NCBI RefSeq assembly: GCF_006345805.1
Contig: NW_021827307.1
Coordinates: 1-10,585 of the forward strand
Direction of reading: 5' to 3'
DNA from: Octopus sinensis
Taxonomy: Eukaryota
DNA length: 10,585 bases
In this document: in pieces, positions 1 through 7,852 of the stretch
How the letters are laid out: each line of letters starts with the position of its first letter
Numbering within the stretch: position 1 is the stretch's first letter
Made by a program: the position numbers and the translations under genes
Notes under the pieces: generated by a model
Databases searched by the model: none
Seen by the model: only the letters and a program-made list of their open reading frames with translations
Told to the model about the DNA's origin: nothing

Positions 1-698
1 CATGGGCTTTTCGTTCTGGCAGTAAGGCCCAGAAGTTTACGCATTCGCTTGCAAGTTTAAAAGCTTATTGTTGATGTGGAAATTACATATAATTTTGGGA
101 AATTTTGTGATTTACATTAGCCTATGATTGGTCGTACTCTAAATTATGTCCTGTATAACGGGATTTTAGACAAAATACAAAACAATAAACACTATATATA
201 TATAGTTTATCATTTACAACGGATTGTATCTGTTATATTGTTTTGTGCTTTTATACTTATTCCATCAGTGATGTTGTTCCCCCATTGTTTTACAGCCTAC
301 ATTATTCGTATATCCGTATTGGATTAACGGCTTGTTTAATTCTATTACTTTCTTATTGAAAGGCCGCTTGTGTTGTTAAGAATGCCGCATCAGCTCTGCG
401 TGAGGATTTCATAACATGTGTTTTATAACTAATATGGAACAATTAGACACAGACAATTGTCTTTTAGCTAATGTGTCCACTTTGACATCATGCAGTTTGG
501 TTTTCAATTCAAATGTATGATACTAAGGGAAATGTCATCAGTTCGTAGCCTCGACGCGAGGTCGCAAATATTTTCTAAGTGGAAGACTGATACATCAAAT
601 CCGTACGGAAGCGCATCACAAAAGAGGTGACCTTTGACAGGACACCTTACATGCTAGAAAGGGCAAAGGGCAAGAAAATAAGATATTTTTCTAGTTAC

Positions 699-762
699 CC
701 TCAGACTCGAGTCTCCGTATTAATGAGCAAATAGATTTGTCATCTGTACTTCATCAGTGAGA
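699..762 (-). ncRNA. Degenerate minimal type I hammerhead ribozyme-like motif
   Basis: Minus strand reads TCTCA-CTGATGA-A-GTA-(27 nt)-TAC-G-GAGAC-TCGA-GT-C-TGAGG. Core CTGATGA is intact (751-757), stem I is TCTCA/TGAGG, stem III is the palindrome ACTCGAGT (705-712) followed by a GUC triplet. GAAA is changed to GAGA and stem II is only 3 bp. Confidence 0.45.
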
Positions 763-1211
763 TCGCTAAAATTAATGCATATTTATGTAACAAAATGCAT
801 GTGCTGCATACTTATACATTGAATCGACCCAAGTACTTATATATTATTTAAGACTTGTATGTATTCTGTCGGTCTCTTTTCACCGAACCGCTATGTTACG
901 GCGACGTAGACACACAGCACCGGTTGTCAAGCGGTGGCATGGGGCAAACACAGACAAAAATACATACACACGCACACACACACACACACCACACACGCGT
1001 ATATATATATATATTATATATATATATATATATATAGGTATCGAGGTAGAGGGGTTTAAAACCTCTAAGGGTTAATTAAATCCAGAGTCGCTCCTGGTTA
1101 TTTACCAGTGCAAGAACATAAATTTAATGTAAGGATTACCAATTTCTTTACATTACCATCACATATGTATCAATTACTTTCGCATCCTAACCGATGCATC
1201 TATCTATACTT

Positions 1212-1262
1212 GCATTCTGAAGAGATTTGCTTAAACCAGTAAATCGAAACGATCGTAAATGC
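1212..1262 (+). ncRNA. Minimal type I hammerhead ribozyme, all core nucleotides intact
   Basis: Stem I GCATT (1212-1216)/AATGC (1258-1262); core CTGAAGA (1217-1223); stem II GATTTGC (1224-1230)/GTAAATC (1239-1245), 7 bp with 8-nt loop; GAAA (1246-1249); stem III AC-gatc-GT = palindrome ACGATCGT (1249-1256); GUA triplet with predicted cleavage after 1257. Confidence 0.88.
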
Positions 1263-1326
1263 TACCCTCATCTCTGCTCCTTCCTTCTTGTTACCTATTT
1301 AATTAAAGACATAGACATACCAGCAT

Positions 1327-1360
1327 AAAGACGAGTTTCCCATTGTTGTTTGATCAGTTT
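1327..1360 (-). ncRNA. Degenerate minimal hammerhead-like motif
   Basis: Minus strand reads AAA-CTGATCA-A-ACA-ACAA-TGG-GAAAC-TC-GT-C-TTT. The core differs from CTGATGA at G8 (C), GAAAC and the GUC triplet are intact, stem II has one mismatch, stem I is 3 bp. Confidence 0.45.
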
Positions 1361-1367
1361 CTTCTCC

Positions 1368-1398
<31 letters not shown>

Positions 1399-1984
1399 TA
1401 TATATATATATATTATATATATATATATATATATAGTATACGACGGACTTTTCAGTTTCCGTTTTACCAATCCACTCACAAGCTTTTGGTCGGCCTGGGT
1501 ACTATAGTAGAATGCAATTATTCAAGGTGCCACGCAGAAGAACTGAACCAGAAATCACGTGGTTGGGAACTAAACTTCTTACCAAAAAACCACGCCTGTT
1601 TCTGAATTTTCACATAAACTATTTTGGGTATAGAAATGACCATATGTATTGTATATATATATTCGAGCGTGCTTTTAATATCTCCACATTTTCGAGTGTC
1701 TGTCACCATAAATGTCAACCAGGAACCGACCAATATACGTCTCACCACATGACAGCACACAACAACACACCGCGACGTGCCACACCGCTTAACGCTATCT
1801 CGAAGTATGCTGTTGGATGCCTTATGATTTAATGTTTCAGAAAATGCTGTTACTTGCGTTGCATACATGATAACTCACCTACTTAAACACACGCACGTAC
1901 GCACACACACAGGCATACACAATACTCAAGTAAATCTATACATATAATATGTGTGTGTAGATATATAATGAGACCATATATGAA

Positions 1985-2350
1985 TGCCAGCATATATATA
2001 TATATATATCTATATATATATATATATTATAATATATATATAGATATATATATATATATATTGTATGTATGTATATATGTATATGTATATATGTATATGT
2101 ATATATGTATCTATATTATATATATATATATAATATTACTACACATACATATATATATATATATATATACATATATATATGCACATATATATATATATGC
2201 ATATATATATATATATACACATATATATACATATATTTGTATACATACATATGTGTATACCTTCCCACACATATGCGCACACATTATATATGTATGTATG
2301 TATGTATGTATATGTATGTATATACCCGCATACACACACACGCATATATA
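1985..2350. repeat. Compound (TA)n/(TATG)n/(TACA)n low-complexity microsatellite
   Basis: Almost entirely alternating TA with TG/CA interruptions; source of the Y/I/M/C-rich pseudo-ORFs. Confidence 0.95.
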
Positions 2351-2480
2351 AGGAGAGAGAAAGAGGGGGAGTGAGGTGGAGGGGAGAGTACGAGAGTGAA
2401 AGAGAAGTAGAGGGAGAGAAGGAGAAGTAGGGACAGAGGAGAAGAGAGGTAGGAGAGAGAGAGAGAGGGAGAGAAGGTGA
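2351..2480. repeat. GA-rich polypurine tract
   Basis: Near-continuous purines (GGAGAGAGAAAGAGGGGGAG...GAGAGAGAGAG). Confidence 0.85.
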
Positions 2481-2739
2481 ACTGAAAACTTTCCTATTCA
2501 CTTCTAAATTATTTCATTAACCGTGTAAAATGAATACAATTTAGCTAATTAGGTGAAAAAGAAAACTGAACACAAAGCGACTCTGACATTGCAGACAACA
2601 TTTCGTGTGTAAAGACATCAACTGTGAGACGAAAAGTGGCTATAAGATTGTATTTGCCCTGGTGTCATACTGTGATAGAAAGATTTTTGAGGAATCAGAA
2701 AAGTAACCTGATATACAACCTTCTATTTACCATGGTACC

Positions 2740-2808
2740 ATGCTGTTTCGACTAAAACCTTCAAGGTGGTACCCCAGCATGGCCGGAGCTCAATGAATGA
2801 AACAAGTG
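2740..2808 (+). mobile_element. 3'-tail fragment of SINE/LINE (same tail as 8345-8400)
   Basis: TCGACTAAA..AAGGTGGTACCCCAGCATGGCCGGAGCTCAATGAATGAAACAAGT aligns with TCGACTAAAGGTGGTGCTCCAGCATGGCCGCAGTCAAATGACTGAAACAAGT at 8349-8400. Confidence 0.75.
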
Positions 2809-2821
2809 GAAGTCTTATACC

Positions 2822-3055
2822 TATTTTTTTTACTACCCATAAGGGGCTAAACACAGAGAAGACAAACAGGGACAGACAAACGGATTAAGTCGATTACATC
2901 GATCCCAGTACGTAACTGGTACTTAATTTATCGACCCCGAAAGGATGAAAGGCAAAGTCTACCTCGGCTGAATTTGAACTCAGAACGTAACGGTAGACGA
3001 AATACGGCTACGCATTTCGCCCGGCGTGCTAAAGTTTCTGCCAACTCGCCGCCTT
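2822..3055 (-). mobile_element. Full-length tRNA-derived SINE (second family) with ~22-bp target-site duplication
   Basis: Minus strand starts AAGGCGGCGAGTTGGCAGAAAC (A-box-like), has a GAGTTCAAATTC B-box and a central CCTTTCATCCTTTCGGGGTCGATAAATTAAGTACCAG block. Flanking direct repeats AAACAAGTGGAAGTCTTATACC (2800-2821) and AAACAAATGAAAGTCTTATACC (3056-3077) match at 20/22. Confidence 0.9.
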
Positions 3056-3270
3056 AAACAAATGAAAGTCTTATACCGCCGTCTTCGTTACTATGCTGCA
3101 AATCGGGGCGTCTTGGATGGCCCCTGTGGGACAGCTATACACAACGTTTTTCGTGTCACGGTCCAGTTTGATGCGGGACAATTTTTTCACAGTTAAGTGT
3201 TCACGTGTATAACAAAACACAGATAAGTGCATCATTTATAATTTAATTATTACTTAATACATATATATTG

Positions 3271-3872
3271 GGTTCAAAGTTTGCACGAAGGTCAGCGATT
3301 TCGAGCAAATATATTGCATCAAGTTTCACAAAAAGCTTGGTGATACACAAGCTCAAATCATCAATAAGATAAATAGGCCTTTGGCGATGATGCCATTGGT
3401 TAAACTCAGATCAAGATATGGTACAAAAGCTTTAGACATGGCCACACCTCAGTGGAGAGCAAGGCATGCTCAGATAAGCTGTCCACAAGCTAAAACGAGG
3501 AGCCCATTGAAAATGTTCGGAAGAAGCTCATGGAAGACCGTGGGGTAACAATCTAGGAAATTATTTAGGAAGTGGGAATAAGCACTAGTTCAATGCATTC
3601 CATTATAGCGGGGAATGTGTGCAGGTGGAGAGTGGCGGCAAAATTCTCGCTCAAGGTGCTGATGGAGCAGCAGAAGCAGCTCTGCTTGGAAATCGTTCAC
3701 GGCATGTTGGACTGTGCAAACTACGAGATATAGGTTTATAGTCTCTGTTCGATGCATTCGGTATTCATGCACGATCTCGAAAATACACACTACACGTCTG
3801 TATTCTGGTCGTAACAGCCGGTAACTGCCAGCGCGAAAAGGCAGGGTCGGATACTATTTGAACGCATTCGTA
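3271..3872 (+). mobile_element. Decayed, internally deleted mariner (Tc1/mariner DD34D-type) transposon with transposase pseudogene
   Basis: Manual translation 3291-3742 with one frameshift (~3372) and 6 stops: EQIYCIKFHKKLGDTQAQIINKI/*AFGDDAIG*TQIKIWYKSFRHGHTSVESKACSDKLSTS*NEEPIENVRKKLMEDRGVTI*EII*EVGISTSSMHSIIAGNVCRWRVAAKFSLKVLMEQQKQLCLEIVHGMLDCANYEI*VYS. This matches mariner N-terminal HTH regions, the WVP-like RVAAKF linker and a decayed DETWVYG. Mariner-like 3' TIR CGGATACTATTTGAACGCATTCG plus TA at 3848-3872. Confidence 0.9.
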
Positions 3873-3980
3873 CACATACATACATACATACATACATACC
3901 TACATACATACATACATACATACGTATGCATATATATATATATATATATAATATATATTATATATATATATATATATAAT
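3873..3980. repeat. (TACA)n then (TA)n microsatellite
   Basis: Direct inspection; begins at the mariner TA terminus. Confidence 0.95.
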
Positions 3981-4040
3981 CAAAATAAGCAACAGATGCT
4001 CCGGTAATTTGGTACGATCGTTCCGTACTACATCATTTTA

Positions 4041-4069
4041 TTAAATGTTGTAAGTATTACAACATTTAA
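4041..4069. repeat. Perfect 13-bp inverted repeat with 3-nt spacer
   Basis: TTAAATGTTGTAA-GTA-TTACAACATTTAA. Confidence 0.9.
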
Positions 4070-4660
4070 GATGCTGAGTACTCACCACCCATTATAGAGG
4101 TTTTTCCATTAATACAAACATTTTCAAATCAAGTGGCAACATTATAGAGAGGTAGATATACAGACAAAGATGTGGATTTAAATTTTAAGAAGATATGAGG
4201 TAGTGAATATATTTCGAACGTTTGCTTAAAGAGACGTGCCCTTGAAGTTGTTGTTGTTGCTATCGTTTCTGTTGTCATCATCACTGTTGTTGTTTAGCCG
4301 TAGGCCAAACCAAATCCGATCACCAAAACCTATATCAAAGACATTCCAATGCCGACCAACGAATCTTTTAAAATCTATTTAAAAATACATTACCTCATGT
4401 ATCCTTTATACCATATCAAGGCGGTAAGGTATGATTTGAGGGAGATTTGGTTATTATTTCTTGCAGGTTGAGGGATCAGGCCAGCTAAATTTAGAGTTAT
4501 TAAATACCACGTTGGGTGATGAATCGTTTGTTGTTCTAAAGTTAGCACCTGCCAGTATGGATTATCTCAAGATTCTCCCAAATTACTTCAAAGACTGGAA
4601 GATAGTTACGTCGAGCACCTATATATTCTGTCAGAGAAATTCGCGTGGAGTGTGTTTATA

Positions 4661-4676
4661 TACTACTACTACTTCT

Positions 4677-4720
<44 letters not shown>

Positions 4721-4744
4721 TACTACTACTACTACTACTACTAC

Positions 4745-4775
<31 letters not shown>

Positions 4776-4779
4776 AATA
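4661..4779. repeat. (TAC)n followed by (AAT)n microsatellite
   Basis: Direct inspection. Confidence 0.97.
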
Positions 4780-5175
4780 AAATGCTTTCTAATTGATGCA
4801 TCAATACCAGCAGATGACAACGTTTCTCTAGAAGAAATGGAAAAACTTTCAAAATACAAAAATACAAAAACCTGGTAACTCGAATGTGGAATCTAAAAAC
4901 AGAAACAATTCCTACCATAGTAGGCGCATTAGGTATGGTAAAAAATTTTTCAGACAAATACATAACAAAAACATCAGGACTTACAAATATGTATAACATA
5001 CAGAAAATTGCACTACTGGGCACTGCACACATAGAACATAAAACACTTTCAATACAGTAACCATAAGAGCATCACAACAAACCACAGCACATGCTCAAGG
5101 CACACAGAGCTGCGCTCGGTAGTGAAGTGAAAGCACGTTATAAAAATAAAACTACTGAATAATAATAATAATAAT
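4780..5175 (+). mobile_element. 5'-truncated RLE-type non-LTR retrotransposon (R4/Dong clade): endonuclease C-terminus, 3' UTR and (AAT)n tail
   Basis: 4780-4875 KCFLIDASIPADDNVSLEEMEKLSKYK, frameshift, then 4875-5060 VTRMWNLKTETIPTIVGALGMVKNFSDKYITKTSGLTNMYNIQKIALLGTAHIEHKTLSIQ*. This is the typical R4-clade ending (ID.SIP.D.N...E.EK..KY; IP.IVGALG; IQK.ALLGTA). AATAAA at 5145-5150, (AAT)6 at 5158-5175, and (AAT)n also at the 5' junction. Confidence 0.85.
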
Positions 5176-5719
5176 GATGCAGTACCAGGCAGTGGCTCTC
5201 ATGGCTTCTGATCTTAACTGATTGGAAGTGTTATCATGTACATTGTTTTGTCTTGGTATAAAAGATGGGCTACAGCAAATATTCTGCTCAATACCACAGA
5301 TTTGCTTGTCAGTTGTTTGACCTTAACCAGTTGAGCATGTCCCTTAGTGGCTGACGATATGTGCATCTCTGATCACGAGCAGAAGTAGTGGGGGAGCATC
5401 ATAGCCATGTGTTGAGAAGGATTCTTGGGGGTTTGAATTATTCACCTCTGGAAACAAGGGTTTCGTTCAACGTCCTTAAACAACCCTTATTCAGGGACCT
5501 TTTGAGCGGGATGGGTTACTCGATCTGAAGAAAATTCTAACGGGCCCCACCTGCAAGGTCATGTGCTGTTTATCTTGATATGAGATCACCATGTCGCGCA
5601 CAATGGTTGTGATGCTGTGCCTGGTGTACCCTTATCAGACGGTAGTCATGATGGGTATACTGGGCTTCGTATATTTTACCCCAGTGTCCACTTTGATGGC
5701 ATGCTCTGCTCGCTCACTC
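5176..5719 (+). mobile_element. 544-bp non-coding, hairpin-rich interspersed repeat flanked by (AAT)n; class unresolved
   Basis: GC-richer than flanks with sharp (AAT)n boundaries on both sides. Hairpins at 5204-5229, 5274-5306, 5626-5658 and 5657-5687. No tRNA A/B boxes or transposase similarity seen. I recall it as a common octopus repeat, unverified; strand is inferred from the (AAT)n tail. Confidence 0.6.
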
Positions 5720-5756
<37 letters not shown>

Positions 5757-5803
5757 TAATAATAATGATAATGATGATGATGATAATAATAATAATAATA
5801 ATA
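5720..5803. repeat. (AAT)n/(GAT)n microsatellite
   Basis: Direct inspection. Confidence 0.97.
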
Positions 5804-5884
5804 AAAATCCTTTGACGAGAATTGTCGATTACGGACTTCTGAACAATTTTCACACATAAGATAAATGACTACATTAAAAATATT

Positions 5885-5965
5885 TGTTCAAGGTGCCGAG
5901 CAGCGGAATCGAACTTAGTAACAAGCGGCAGCGGAGCGAACTTCTAACCCAAAGAGCCGTAACCT
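5885..5965 (-). mobile_element. Old SINE head fragment (tRNA-like region)
   Basis: Aligns with 1520-1598 (TTCAAGGTGCC..GCAG..GAA..GAAC...AACTTCT.ACC); minus-strand B-box GTTCGATTC at 5906-5914. Confidence 0.7.
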
Positions 5966-6203
5966 ATGACTAGAATTAATGTAAAGAAATGTAATATAAT
6001 AATAAAGATATTATCCTCTCATCAACACAGGGTGGTCTATGCCAATGTTATATCAATAATATCTAGATACAGTTTTCAGACAAATGAAATAGAAACTAGC
6101 GTTAACGCAGCTGGGGTCGACTTTACCCCCGCCTTCTAATACTGACGTGGTGGATATTATATTAGCCCCTTTTTCACTGAATAAGATGATTAACAATCTG
6201 TCT

Positions 6204-6242
<39 letters not shown>

Positions 6243-6341
6243 TACATACACACACCACATATGTGTATGTATGTATACGCAAACACAACACCACACGTAT
6301 AATATATATATATATATATAAATATAATAATAAAATTTTTA

Positions 6342-6417
6342 GGGTATCCGCCAGCCAGAATCTGACTCTAAAACCACGGCTGCTATTTTCAGCATGGGCG
6401 GTATCTCGTAGATACCC
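6342..6417. mobile_element. 76-bp miniature inverted-repeat element candidate with TA on both sides
   Basis: TTTAGGGTATC (6338-6348)/GATACCCTAAA (6411-6421) is a perfect 11-bp inverted repeat. Inner CGCC/GGCG extends it to 15 bp if a 10-nt insertion (GTATCTCGTA) is allowed. Confidence 0.45.
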
Positions 6418-6516
6418 TAAATTATAATTTTAATAATAATTATTACCTTTGAAGCTTTTTATTATCATGCTAACCACTTGATAGAATCGTTATTTAATTT
6501 AAATTAACGATATTAT

Positions 6517-6566
<50 letters not shown>

Positions 6567-6686
6567 GGGAAGCTTTATGAAAATCGCCCCTTAAAAAACG
6601 AAGAACGAACACAAAAAAAAAAAACAATAACGCGAGTACATGGTACATGTAAAGTATTAGCAGACGCTCAGGGAAGGAAAGAAAGG

Positions 6687-6724
6687 TGGTTTTAGGTTTC
6701 GAGCAAAGCTCTTTTTGAGAACCA
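6687..6724 (-). ncRNA. Decayed minimal hammerhead-like motif in a repeat that abuts (TA)n at 6520-6562
   Basis: Minus strand reads TGGTT-CTCAAAA-A-GAGC-TTT-GCTC-GAAAC-CT-A-A-AACCA. Stem II GAGC/GCTC and GAAAC are intact and stem I is TGGTT/AACCA. The core has 2 substitutions against CTGAAGA, and ACCT is one change from the palindrome ACGT. Confidence 0.45.
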
Positions 6725-7010
6725 GGAGACAGAGGAAAGTCAAATAGAAAAGGAAGACGTAGGGTTTCTCAAAGTGAGTGACAATGATCCAAAGAGGCAA
6801 AGATGAAACCAGTATAATGCTTCTTGCGCTAATAGAAACAGCAGTCAAATTTTCTTTCTAATCACATTGTCTCGCAGTCTTACAAAAGAATAATTTGAAT
6901 AATGTGATCCTAAAAGCTCCTGCACGCAATGAAGAGAAATGCCTAGTAGGGGTTTGAGAACTTTTGATCATAAAGTTTGTTTGATTAGGCTAGGGATCAC
7001 CAGAGGTTAA

Positions 7011-7460
7011 ACAACAACAACAACAACGACAGCACAACAACAACAACAACAACAATCAGCACCACCATCACCACCACCACCACCACATCAACAAACAACT
7101 ACGACAACAACACTATCAGCAACACCAGCCGTAACTCTCTTTAACATCGTTGTTGTAGATAACAGTGTTAAAATTCTTAGTATTTCGAATTTTTCACGCT
7201 TCAGATCATTCCAGTTGTTTTTCATAGAATTTCTCCATTTATCAGTTTTGCTTCGTTTTGATGTTGTTGTTGTTGCTGTTTTGCTGTTGTTATTGCTGTG
7301 TATGCAACTGAGGTTGTTGGTGTTGTAAGTGTTGCTGTTGAGGTGGTTGTTGTTGTTGTTTCAATTGTCGTGCTTTTTGTTATGGCCGTCCTTGACAAAT
7401 TTTTAGGACATTCTTCTTCTTCTTCTTCTTCTTCTCTTCATCATCTTTTTCTTCTTCAAT

Positions 7461-7531
<71 letters not shown>
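7011..7531. repeat. Compound trinucleotide repeats: (CAA)/(CAC), (GTT), (TTC), (TAC), (CTG)
   Basis: Direct inspection; source of the poly-V/S/L ORF 7298-7597. Confidence 0.9.
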
Positions 7532-7532
<1 letters not shown>

Positions 7533-7852
7533 GTATTTTTATGTTCTTTTTCCCGTTGTCTTCTAATCCTTCCCCCATTTTTAGTTCTGCTTTGTAACTT
7601 CCGCTATTTACTTTCTTCTTCGTCCTTCCCGTTTTTACTTTCTTCTGTCCTTCACAACCACCACCACCACCACCATTTGGAGATATCTATGACTATTTTG
7701 CATAAAATAGTCATAGGTATCTACAAATGGTTAGGATGGTCACGGATGGAATATGCTTAATTAATACTGAACCAAGCCAAACAACAATAACATACAATCA
7801 CGCGAACACATACACACAAGCACAAATACACCAATGTACACACACACAAACA

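Larger units (their letters stand above)
1037..1367 (+). mobile_element. 331-bp non-coding hammerhead-bearing insert (Penelope-like terminal repeat fragment or retrozyme-like element)
   Basis: Unique sequence bounded on both sides by (TA)n, interrupting collinearity of the surrounding SINE. Contains the complete hammerhead at 1212-1262. Confidence 0.65.
821..1598 (-). mobile_element. tRNA-derived CORE-type SINE (octopus OR2-like), split by a 331-bp insert, 3' tail missing
   Basis: Reverse complement is collinear with the intact copy at 7994-8417: tRNA-like head (~1520-1598), CORE-like block (~1440-1520), (TA)n (1368-1440 and 1000-1036), (TG)n, then the TTGACAACCG...GCGGTTCGG...GGGTCGA block (821-945). 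Family name recalled from literature. Confidence 0.8.

Noticed and set aside
535-541. Minus-strand CTGATGA with a downstream GAAA
   Set aside because: No closing stem II pair, and no stem I or III partner.
628-640. DR1-like nuclear receptor motif TGACCTTTGACAG
   Set aside because: A single imperfect short motif with no conservation or promoter context.
1512-1868. Overlapping 106-aa and 116-aa ORFs on opposite strands
   Set aside because: They partly run through a SINE head and show no recognisable motif.
855-2501. Multiple ORFs rich in Y/I/H/T/V/C (855-1075, 1953-2501; similarly 6053-6286, 8743-9326, 10238-10553)
   Set aside because: Translations of (TA)n/(CA)n/(TATG)n tracts and SINEs; no protein-like content.
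3262-3278. Possible remnant of the mariner 5' TIR (ATTGGGTTCAAA versus AATGCGTTCAAA)
   Set aside because: Only about 10/16 identity in AT-rich sequence; the 5' end is treated as unresolved.
4461-4796. ORF with acceptor-like TTTCTTGCAG at its start (VEGSGQLNLELL...KIVTSSTYIF)
   Set aside because: No recognisable homology or strong donor, and it runs into (TAC)n; an exon cannot be excluded without RNA-seq but is unsupported.
5176-5226. Minus-strand snippets resembling U2 snRNA (ATCAGTTAAGATCAGA; CCTGGTACTGCA)
   Set aside because: Short matches about 20 nt apart versus roughly 100 nt in U2, with no Sm site or branch-point recognition region.
5351-5410. CTGACGA...GAAG...TA hammerhead-like order within the 544-bp module (also CTGAAGA at 5525-5531)
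   Set aside because: GAAA absent, stems II and III poor, and the stem I pairing would consume the core C and U.
7011-7360. (CAA)-rich and (TTG)-rich tracts in inverted arrangement
   Set aside because: Complementarity is explained by simple-repeat composition; there are no unique-sequence arms.
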